Shown: positions 6,861-14,518 of the stretch, one piece after another | How the letters are laid out: each line of letters opens with the position of its first letter | Position numbering within the stretch: position 1 is the stretch's first letter | Virus record (IMG/VR): IMGVR_UViG_3300050011_000099 | Direction: 5' to 3' (one strand) | Length of the DNA: 42,884 nt | Origin: a virus | Position numbers and translations under genes: made by a program | Notes under the pieces: model-generated | The model's input: only the letters and a program-made list of their open reading frames with translations | What the model was told of the DNA's origin: nothing | The model's database searches: none

Positions 6861-7366
6861 AAATGCCGATTCTTGGTGCTAAAGCGCAGGAAGGTCGGTC
6901 CACCCAGGAAGGTCATGCTTGACACCCGCGCCGCCGCCGGTTGACCCTGCTCACCCATGCTTGAAGTAAGAGGGTCAGTGCCGGGTTCGATGATGAGGGC
7001 TGTGTGTACTCCGGGGGGTGGTCCGAACACCACCACATCACCAGGTAGGCATTGACCTACTTCAATGCGCTCACCATGCTCTAGGAGAGTTCCGGTCCAG
7101 CCCTCACCATCGAAATTAAGTTGATTCGGGTCCTCGCCCCCGGCCCAGGCGAAGCAGTAGGTAACCCACGCCGAGCAATCGCAGTAGATCTTGGAAGTCC
7201 AGTGCTTAAGGGGAGCCTTGCCCACGTGGCTCATCCGTAGGGCGCCTTCGGTGTAGATGAACCGGGCGTGGTGGTTGATTCCCCACTTGGCCCAGACCGC
7301 CAGTTGATTGCGGATATCGGGGATGGGTGGGCGCGGGTCGATAGGGGGCGCGGGGAGGTCGGTCAC
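6857..7366 (-). CDS. NlpC/P60-type cysteine peptidase, acting as endolysin or tail-associated lysin.
   Basis: YCDCSAWV supplies the catalytic Cys context. LPGDVVVFGPPPGVHTALII supplies the GD...H motif. GTGA overlap with the 930-aa tail gene. Confidence 0.7.
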   Translation of the reverse strand: MTDLPAPPIDPRPPIPDIRNQLAVWAKWGINHHARFIYTEGALRMSHVGKAPLKHWTSKIYCDCSAWVTYCFAWAGGEDPNQLNFDGEGWTGTLLEHGERIEVGQCLPGDVVVFGPPPGVHTALIIEPGTDPLTSSMGEQGQPAAARVSSMTFLGGPTFLRFSTKNRHL

Positions 7367-10155
7367 GTTAGCAATCCACTTGAGGCGGTCTTGAGGGTCA
7401 CCATACAGATTCCGATAAATCCTCCGGTGGGCAATGAACTCGGCTCATATTCCACGAAGTCTATTTCGTCAACCACCACGGACCACGTATTGGTCCCCTC
7501 CTGGTAGGTAACGACACTCTGGTTTTGGCGCAGGTTTTCCATGAAGGCCAGTTCCGAGTAGACGTTCATCTGACGGCGCCCCGCTTTGGTCTCGATTTGG
7601 TCCCAGAACCGTAAGGCGGTGATGATGAACTTACCTGCGGTGATGGCGGGGAAGGATTGCAGGGTAGCCCTACGGACCGTCGTAGGTACGGTGTTTGAAC
7701 TGGTGGCGTTAAGGGTCAGGTCCGTTTCAAAGAGTTCGCCGTAGATTTGGGGTACCGAGAACAGATTGGTTGCTCCGGTGTTGGTCCCGAGCGAGTAGTT
7801 CGTCTCATCATCCTGATTTATTGAAGCCGTTACCGAACCCGAGACTGATGTGGTATCAACCGAGTAGGCAATCAGAATCTTCTGGTCGGGGATTCTGAAA
7901 CCAATGTAGCCCGAGTAGATATTCCCACTGGCCACGTAGGTTGAGGCAGCGGTGTAGACCCCTTTGCCCGAGACCGTGAAGATGGGCGCTCCGTTGAACC
8001 AGTCCAAGGACGTTATCTCCCCGGCTCCCGAGACCATGAGGTTGCTGGAGTAGGCCGGAGTTTGGTCCCCGGTGAAGTTAGCAATGTCCAGCCATCCCAG
8101 ACCGGTGCAGGTATCGGTGGCCAAGACGCTGGAAGCCGAGTAATTCGACCATCCGAAGTAGACGAAGCGTTGATTGGCTGTGAAACAACGGACCGGTTTA
8201 GTCGTAAGTTCCTGGAGGTTTGGGATGATCGGACCAATCTTTAGAAGCCCGGTGTCCTGTCCGGAGGGGTCTATTAAACCAAGCGTCTGACAGAACCTCA
8301 TGCCTAACGACGTTCCCATAAGGATGTAGTTCACGAAGGCAAAGAGGCTGTAGACAATTTCGCCGGGAGGCAGAGGCGTAGCAATCGCCGGGGCACCCAA
8401 CGTCGTGCCGTCCGAGGCGAACTGGGTCTTAAAGACTGAGGACAGCGACGCACTTCCCCCTACGGCTCCGGCGAATCCTCCAATGTAAATCCAACCATTC
8501 CCACCGCAGGCGCAGTTCCACGTCCACGCCGCTTGGGCCTGGGTGATGAGTGCGGTAGGCCAGGAGGTTATGGACGTACTCACCTGGTAGAGGGAGGGTC
8601 CGTTGGCTACTAACAGGACATTGGAGGCGTAGGCCACGAAGTACACGTTCTGGCTAGTCACGTTGACCAGGTGGGCAACAGCGGCGACCGTGCCGCCTAC
8701 CGCGGTATAAACCCCGCCCGTACCGCAGGCAATGTAGACCGTCGCGCCGTCAGAACACATCATTACCGGTGTACCGCTTAGTCCAGTAATCGCCGTGTAG
8801 GTCGCGCCGTCGGTGGAATACTTCACACCGCTGGCGTTGAGTTTAAAGACGTAGCCGTTCACTACCAGGACCTGGCACGTGGTGTCGGTGTCGGCAATCA
8901 ATTGTGTCGTGTCAGGCAAGAGCGAGGCGTACCATTTGTTGGTAAAGGCGTCTACTCCCTGGCTGTGGTGATAGCGGTTGGGCACTGAGTCCTTACGATC
9001 AGCGAAGAGTTGACCCGAACCCATTGACCAGTCGTTGAACTCGCTTCTCCAAAGCCCTTGAGGGTTTATGGTCGCTTCTCCAGGTTGATTGGAGATGTCC
9101 GTGGCGTCCCTTTGAGCCGGAATACTGGAGTGCCTGAAGGAGTCCCTACGCCCGAACTCGAAGGTGGTGTCAATCATGTAGCCGTGACCACCTATAGCCA
9201 CGTCGTAGGTTCCCGGTACTTCAGCGATTGCACCTGAAAGCGTCGTGGTGCTGTAACTCCACGAACTCGTCCACCCGACCGACTCGGTGACTCGCACAAA
9301 CACTCGATAGGTGTTCGGCTGTAAAGAGATAGCGCAGGTAGCAGTGAGAGATGCCGACGCCACCAGCCCGCTACTCCACGCGGTAGCGCCATTACCCGGA
9401 ACTATTCCGTAGTTGCCAAATTCCACGATTACTTCGTAGGCGGTCTGGGACGCTCCTGCATCAAGCGTTTCCGTCCAGGTAACCACCGGGTAAGCGTCGG
9501 TGGTTAAACCAATCGGGGCTGTCACGACAACTTCAAGGGCAGTGGAATATAACATCCCCACCGCTAGCGAATAGTAAGTACCCAAACCAAGTGTCCACGC
9601 GGGCGTCTGAGCGGTGGGGTTCGATACGCTTAGGTTGTAAACAATCTGCATGGTCCCATTGGTTCCGTTTCCATTGCGGTAGACGAACCCAGAAGTTGAG
9701 CCTCCTTGGGTGATGTTGCTACCTCCCAATACCCCCAGATACAGTTCGGCGGCTCCAGAAGGCGTCACGGAAGGATAATTACCCGACGACGCGGAACCGT
9801 AGGCACTGCTCACGGATGAGTCGGCGGCCCATGTCCCAATTCCCCCGGTGAACTGGAGAGCCGCAAGCGTCTCTTGGACCGTACCGGAGCCACCCGTGGC
9901 CGTTATCGCGCTGGCACCAGTGATAGTGATAACACCCCACCAGATATCTGCCGAACCTTCTTGGCTATTGGTCCCAGCAACATTCTTTAAGAGATTCCAC
10001 TCTGCTACACCGCCCCCAGTAACAGATGTAAGGACCAAATTAGCGTTGTCGGACTCCGCGAACAACACCAGAATGTCCCCAAGTGTGGTAGGCGATACGT
10101 CGAGAGGCGCCGCCTGCGAACCATAGACGATTGAACCAACGGCGGTAATAGCCAC
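7363..10155 (-). CDS. Large tail protein (930 aa). It has an N-terminal domain shared with the fibre gene at 13439..14518 and a repetitive beta-rich body. Possible nozzle or tail tubular B analogue.
   Basis: Size and position support a tail role. The N-terminal GDILVLF..VTSVTGGGV..SADIWW..AELYLGV is paralogous to the 359-aa protein. Functional placement is by synteny only. Confidence 0.55.
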   Translation of the reverse strand: MAITAVGSIVYGSQAAPLDVSPTTLGDILVLFAESDNANLVLTSVTGGGVAEWNLLKNVAGTNSQEGSADIWWGVITITGASAITATGGSGTVQETLAALQFTGGIGTWAADSSVSSAYGSASSGNYPSVTPSGAAELYLGVLGGSNITQGGSTSGFVYRNGNGTNGTMQIVYNLSVSNPTAQTPAWTLGLGTYYSLAVGMLYSTALEVVVTAPIGLTTDAYPVVTWTETLDAGASQTAYEVIVEFGNYGIVPGNGATAWSSGLVASASLTATCAISLQPNTYRVFVRVTESVGWTSSWSYSTTTLSGAIAEVPGTYDVAIGGHGYMIDTTFEFGRRDSFRHSSIPAQRDATDISNQPGEATINPQGLWRSEFNDWSMGSGQLFADRKDSVPNRYHHSQGVDAFTNKWYASLLPDTTQLIADTDTTCQVLVVNGYVFKLNASGVKYSTDGATYTAITGLSGTPVMMCSDGATVYIACGTGGVYTAVGGTVAAVAHLVNVTSQNVYFVAYASNVLLVANGPSLYQVSTSITSWPTALITQAQAAWTWNCACGGNGWIYIGGFAGAVGGSASLSSVFKTQFASDGTTLGAPAIATPLPPGEIVYSLFAFVNYILMGTSLGMRFCQTLGLIDPSGQDTGLLKIGPIIPNLQELTTKPVRCFTANQRFVYFGWSNYSASSVLATDTCTGLGWLDIANFTGDQTPAYSSNLMVSGAGEITSLDWFNGAPIFTVSGKGVYTAASTYVASGNIYSGYIGFRIPDQKILIAYSVDTTSVSGSVTASINQDDETNYSLGTNTGATNLFSVPQIYGELFETDLTLNATSSNTVPTTVRRATLQSFPAITAGKFIITALRFWDQIETKAGRRQMNVYSELAFMENLRQNQSVVTYQEGTNTWSVVVDEIDFVEYEPSSLPTGGFIGICMVTLKTASSGLLT

Positions 10156-11061
10156 CTAGCGCCCGGCCTGACCACCGAATAATTGCTTGAGTCTGGAGGC
10201 TTCCGCGTTAATCCTTCTCGCACGTAGAGCTAAGACTTGGGCTACCGAGTTCATCACCGCACCGGGCGGGACTTCGGTTGCTCTGCGAGAGTCCGGCGCC
10301 ATGTCAATCTGATTACGCTTCACTTCGCGCGGAGCGACCATGGCTACCATCGCGCCCAAAGGAGGCAGGTCGTACATGGTGTTGGATAATCCACAAACCG
10401 CCGTGGCGTCGTCCGTCAAGTTGACGAAGGGTTGGAAGGTTGTCTTGTAGGTGACCCGGAAGGGCATCCCGGGATACCCGCCTTCGTTAAGTCGTAAGGC
10501 GTAGCCCGAAGGGAACGAAGTGGTATCGGCCCCCGCCGTTAAGGTCCACTTGCTTCTGGGGAAGGGCACCCAGTAGCCAACGGGGTAGGGCTGCTTCTGC
10601 TGAATCGAGAGGATATCGATTAACCCCGTCACCCCCGTTAGGTCATAGCCAGCGGTCGCGGGGTTGTAGGTGAGTTCTACGGAGTTGACTTGGTAGAGAT
10701 TATTTTCAGGAGAACACAGGTCGTTTAGGTCATCGTTGATGGCCTGCATGATGTCGAAGGCGCTGAAGCGTGGGTTGAGGTACACCATCTCACCCGAAGC
10801 GTGGTTGGCTGGCAAGGAACCCAGGTAACCAGGGACGACCGTGGCCGTCGTGCCGGAGACCGCTTGGCAGTAGAAGAGTTCCAGGTCGATTGAAAGAACC
10901 GTCTCGGGACGAAGGGACGGAAGGATTGTCCCCGCCGGGTCAGAGAGTAACAAGGACGTTGCACCAGCGGTGTAGGGACTCGCGAGTGTCAGGGCTTCCA
11001 CCTGTTGGCCAGGTTGGATTCTCCGAAAGACTTGAGCAATCATCGAGCCTAGAGTTGCCAC
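10156..11061 (-). CDS. Virion protein (301 aa). Possible adaptor or tail tubular A analogue by position.
   Basis: It lies directly upstream of, and abutting, the 930-aa tail gene. No motif recognised. Confidence 0.4.
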   Translation of the reverse strand: MATLGSMIAQVFRRIQPGQQVEALTLASPYTAGATSLLLSDPAGTILPSLRPETVLSIDLELFYCQAVSGTTATVVPGYLGSLPANHASGEMVYLNPRFSAFDIMQAINDDLNDLCSPENNLYQVNSVELTYNPATAGYDLTGVTGLIDILSIQQKQPYPVGYWVPFPRSKWTLTAGADTTSFPSGYALRLNEGGYPGMPFRVTYKTTFQPFVNLTDDATAVCGLSNTMYDLPPLGAMVAMVAPREVKRNQIDMAPDSRRATEVPPGAVMNSVAQVLALRARRINAEASRLKQLFGGQAGR

Positions 11062-12479
11062 GCGCTCTCCCTTGGCATTGGCATTGCCTCAACCTCTTCA
11101 AGCGTGGGATTGTTCGTGTTCAATTTTTGCCCGCAGGTGATACAGAGAGCATGAGAAGCGGAGTAGTTCGGTATGCGTTCAAACTGCTCTGGGGTGAGAC
11201 CGGATTCCAGAAGGACCATGTTCGGCGCACCGTCTTCCGCATCACCGTTCACCATCATGTTCTGAGGCAGGCACGAGAGGTCCAACAGTCCTGCATCAAA
11301 GAGAACACGCTTCACGTCCGCTGGCTCCCAGTAGTCCTTACCCGGCTCAATTCTGTACTGCAATCCCCCGACTTCAAATAAATGAGGTTTAATCGAGCGC
11401 ACCAGGTAACGACGGGGTGTGGGTTCCAACCACGTCACCGGTTCTACGTCAGGAAGTCCAAGGTGATCCCGGCCTATTGCATCAAGGTATTTCCGTGCCG
11501 TTTCATCCCAGGTGAACTCTCGGCCTATGACTTCGGCGATGACTCGTGCCCTGAATACCGCTTTGTCGTAGTTGAGATAGGCGTCTTCCATCGCGAGACA
11601 CAACTCATCGAAATCCGGCTCCCACCATGATCCGGCGGGTCCGTGATGGAATGCTTGGGGCGGAGTTTCCTGTAGTGAGAACCCCAGCGGGTACGTGATT
11701 AGGTCCCCGAATGCGGCGTGGCCGTGAGCGTTGGTGGCGATTGTCGGCATCCCTTGAGCCATGGCCTGCAAGGGTCGAAGCCCAAAACCCTCTCCTCGTG
11801 ACGGCTGAACGTAAACGTGGCACATGGCGTACAGAGCACGCTCTTCATACGGGTCCAACTTGCCGGTGATGAGTTCAATTCGGTCATCGTTGGGCGTCTC
11901 ATCTCGCTTGGCTGAGTGGAGGAATAGACGTGGACGAGGGCCATCAGGGACACGACCATCGAACACCTTACGGAATGCTTTGATTACGAGGTCTGAGCCT
12001 TTGCGATGGCCACCACCAGAGATGAGGAAGGTGAAGTATTCCGGGTCTAACTTCGGGCGCACCACCGGGAACCATTCAGTCGGGTCAATGCCGAGAGGAA
12101 CGAATTTCACGTTGTCGTGGTAGCGAGAAAACAACTCCTGGTTCTGCTGGCTGGGGACGACGATGGTATCGAATACATCCAACGACTCCCTAAAGGGTTC
12201 AGGCAAAAGGTTCGATTCCCACATCGTCAGGATGGATGCGCTCTGACCCTCCCATCTGCCTCGATAATGTCCTGGGGTTGAGACCCAAGAAGCGTGAGCA
12301 CACACGCCGGTACGACCGTTGGTGTGGGGTATGAATTTCTGAGCGTCAGAGCCTTGAGGGTTTGGCAGGTCGTCGAAGATTTCTACGCCCGCACGCTTAA
12401 CCGCGGCTGCAAGACAAACTCCTAATCGGCCATAGCCGAGTTGGTCATTATGGACGTATAATAAATTCATCTTAGGCAT
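11049..12479 (-). CDS. GT-B fold glycosyltransferase (GT1/GT4-like) with a C-terminal extension of about 130 aa.
   Basis: SRGEGFGLRPLQAMAQGMPTIATNAHGH matches the E-x-F-G...E-A-M-A-x-G-x-P motif of the Glycos_transf_1 family. Confidence 0.75.
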   Translation of the reverse strand: MPKMNLLYVHNDQLGYGRLGVCLAAAVKRAGVEIFDDLPNPQGSDAQKFIPHTNGRTGVCAHASWVSTPGHYRGRWEGQSASILTMWESNLLPEPFRESLDVFDTIVVPSQQNQELFSRYHDNVKFVPLGIDPTEWFPVVRPKLDPEYFTFLISGGGHRKGSDLVIKAFRKVFDGRVPDGPRPRLFLHSAKRDETPNDDRIELITGKLDPYEERALYAMCHVYVQPSRGEGFGLRPLQAMAQGMPTIATNAHGHAAFGDLITYPLGFSLQETPPQAFHHGPAGSWWEPDFDELCLAMEDAYLNYDKAVFRARVIAEVIGREFTWDETARKYLDAIGRDHLGLPDVEPVTWLEPTPRRYLVRSIKPHLFEVGGLQYRIEPGKDYWEPADVKRVLFDAGLLDLSCLPQNMMVNGDAEDGAPNMVLLESGLTPEQFERIPNYSASHALCITCGQKLNTNNPTLEEVEAMPMPRESAWQL

Positions 12480-12504
12480 AGAAAACCCTTGCTATAGTTG
12501 GTAT

Positions 12505-13029
12505 ATGTACTACGGCAAATGGGACACAACAAGTCTCCAAAGTTTTATCTATTCTTCGCTCGACACGTCCGCAGGTCTTCACGAATGCTGGCCATTCATG
12601 GGGCAATGCAACGATATCGGATACGGAATTTTCAAACGACGTGGAATCCGATATCGCGCTCACCGGGTCGCATACGAACTGGCGTATGGAGCGATACCAG
12701 AAGGAAAGAGCATCTGCCACTCGTGCGACAACCCTCCGTGTTGTAACCCTGAGCATCTTTGGGCTGGGAGTCACCGCGAGAACATGGCAGACATGGGCCA
12801 GAAGGGTCGAGTCATTAATAATCCCCGGTGCGGAATCGCGAGCATCCAAGCCAAACTCACCGACGATCAGGTCCGTTCCATCCGAAGCGAGTACGTGCGC
12901 CAGAAGCCAGGGCCAAGGGGGAAGAACGCGGTTGGCCTCAGCCGATATGAACTCGCTGCCAAGTACGGTGTCTCTCGGTCGCTGATTGACCATGTTCTGG
13001 ACCGCACAGCGTGGAAGCACGTTGACTAA
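12505..13029 (+). CDS. HNH_3-type homing endonuclease with a C-terminal HTH, on the opposite strand inside the structural operon.
   Basis: Motifs are CWPFMG..GYG..AHRVAYELAYGAIPEGKSICHSCDNPPCCNPEHLWAGSHRENMADM, with the tail LSRYELAAKYGVSRSLIDHVL. Confidence 0.85.
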   Translation: MYYGKWDTTSLQSFIYSSLDTSAGLHECWPFMGQCNDIGYGIFKRRGIRYRAHRVAYELAYGAIPEGKSICHSCDNPPCCNPEHLWAGSHRENMADMGQKGRVINNPRCGIASIQAKLTDDQVRSIRSEYVRQKPGPRGKNAVGLSRYELAAKYGVSRSLIDHVLDRTAWKHVD

Positions 13030-13031
13030 TC

Positions 13032-13439
13032 TCACTTCAGCCCCTCCGGAACGCCCAGCATCTCCTTGGCAGCGTTCATCTGTGATTCCATCTCTTTGCG
13101 GATATTGGGAGCCATCACTACCTTGTGCTCTACTTCAAACTTTGAATGGGCTTGGGCGGCGAGTTCTGCCGAGCCAAAGATGTTCTTGGGCTGATAGCCC
13201 TGGTGACGAAGATTCTTATACTCACGCATATCCCTGTCACGTTCTTTCTCCGTGAAGCGGTGTTGCCCTGCCTCCATGCCCTGGAATTGCACGGTTCTTA
13301 GTTTGATTGCAAAACAGGGCGGACAATTTTGATGTTGGCCGGTGTGAGCCTCGTAAATTTGTTCTTGCGCCACCACCACCTGTTCGTCGTTGCCCTTGGG
13401 GAGGAGGGATTCTTCGTACTCTTCAAAGATTGTTTTCAT
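13032..13439 (-). CDS. Hypothetical protein (135 aa).
   Basis: An ORF in the gene train. No motif recognised. Confidence 0.65.
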   Translation of the reverse strand: MKTIFEEYEESLLPKGNDEQVVVAQEQIYEAHTGQHQNCPPCFAIKLRTVQFQGMEAGQHRFTEKERDRDMREYKNLRHQGYQPKNIFGSAELAAQAHSKFEVEHKVVMAPNIRKEMESQMNAAKEMLGVPEGLK

Positions 13440-14518
13440 TAGTACCCCGCTTCTACATTTAAGGCTCCGAGGGCGCTAAGTCCCGTGGTTCCCGCAAGTG
13501 TATTGCACACCGCGTCCAAACCGAGGTTGGTGGTCCCGGCTTTTGCGTTCAAGGCTGCGAGCAATCCCAAGTTCGTGGTGCCCGCGTAGGCGTTCGCTGC
13601 TGCCAGTTCGCCAAGGTTCGTGGTTCCTGCGAGAGAGTTGAGCACGAACTGCCAGCCCATGGTTGGCGCGCCACCGCTGCCTCTAGTCACGACCCACTGG
13701 GCGTACAGTGTGACAGAAGCGGTGAATGGGTATGTCGCACCGTTGGCATAGGCCGTCCCGCTCCCGTTGGCTGCGGTATTCCAGCCGGTGAAAGTATGCC
13801 CGGTGCGAGTGAAAGTGTTGGTGGTGAGGGCCGTCGGTGCACTTTCAACCTGGGCCGTCATGCTTCCCGCTCCGCCGTTGTTGTTGAAGGTGACGGTGAA
13901 ACTCTGGAGCGGCTTAATGCTTATCATCACTTCGTTCCAGTAAGCGGTTCCCGTCAACGGATAAGTAGTAGTATGGGCCAATGAATCAGTAGAAATCAAT
14001 GTGGCCGAGGCAAGTATGTCTGGCGATCCTCCGTTATTGATTCGAACCGTGAAACCGTTAGTGGGCGAGATCGTGGTAATCGTCGCAGTCGCTGCCGTCG
14101 CGACAGCTATCCACATTTCGTTAGCCACAGCGGGGGTTGCGAGCGTCGGCGCAACCATCGTTGAAGTGTCGGCGTTATTCACGCCAGCCTGATCGACCCA
14201 TGAAGAAGTGGCACAGCCCGAGAGTTCAAGTACCTCCGCAATATATACGTAACTTGTTATGGCGACACTGATCGACGTGACCGATGACGTGCAGAGGCAC
14301 GTCCAGATTTCGGCACTTTTGTAATTTGCAGTTGCAGCGATTCCTGCGGCTTTAGTCCAGGTGCCGCCTCCCGTTATACTCGTTACTCCGGACCCGGCCA
14401 CGGTCAGCGTGCCGAACAGAAGAACCAGTATGTTTCCGACGGTCGTCGCGACTACCGTGATGGTTGGGTTTTGTGTAGCAAAATATTCCGGATTGTCATT
14501 GACTACCAAGATTGTCAT
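13439..14518 (-). CDS. Tail fibre or receptor-binding protein (359 aa) with a Listeria-Bacteroides repeat (Flg_new-like) domain and C-terminal AGTTNLG repeats.
   Basis: The ATG at 14518 forms an ATGA overlap with the tailspike stop. FTVTFNNNGGAGSM..FTRTGHTFTGWNTAANGSGTAYANGATYPFTASVTLYAQW fits the Flg_new pattern. AGTT(N/G)L occurs four times at the C-terminus. Confidence 0.65.
   Translation of the reverse strand: MTILVVNDNPEYFATQNPTITVVATTVGNILVLLFGTLTVAGSGVTSITGGGTWTKAAGIAATANYKSAEIWTCLCTSSVTSISVAITSYVYIAEVLELSGCATSSWVDQAGVNNADTSTMVAPTLATPAVANEMWIAVATAATATITTISPTNGFTVRINNGGSPDILASATLISTDSLAHTTTYPLTGTAYWNEVMISIKPLQSFTVTFNNNGGAGSMTAQVESAPTALTTNTFTRTGHTFTGWNTAANGSGTAYANGATYPFTASVTLYAQWVVTRGSGGAPTMGWQFVLNSLAGTTNLGELAAANAYAGTTNLGLLAALNAKAGTTNLGLDAVCNTLAGTTGLSALGALNVEAGY

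Noticed and set aside
12472-13035. Minus-strand 187-aa ORF.
   Set aside because: It is antisense to the HNH_3 gene, which has unmistakable motifs. This ORF has none.
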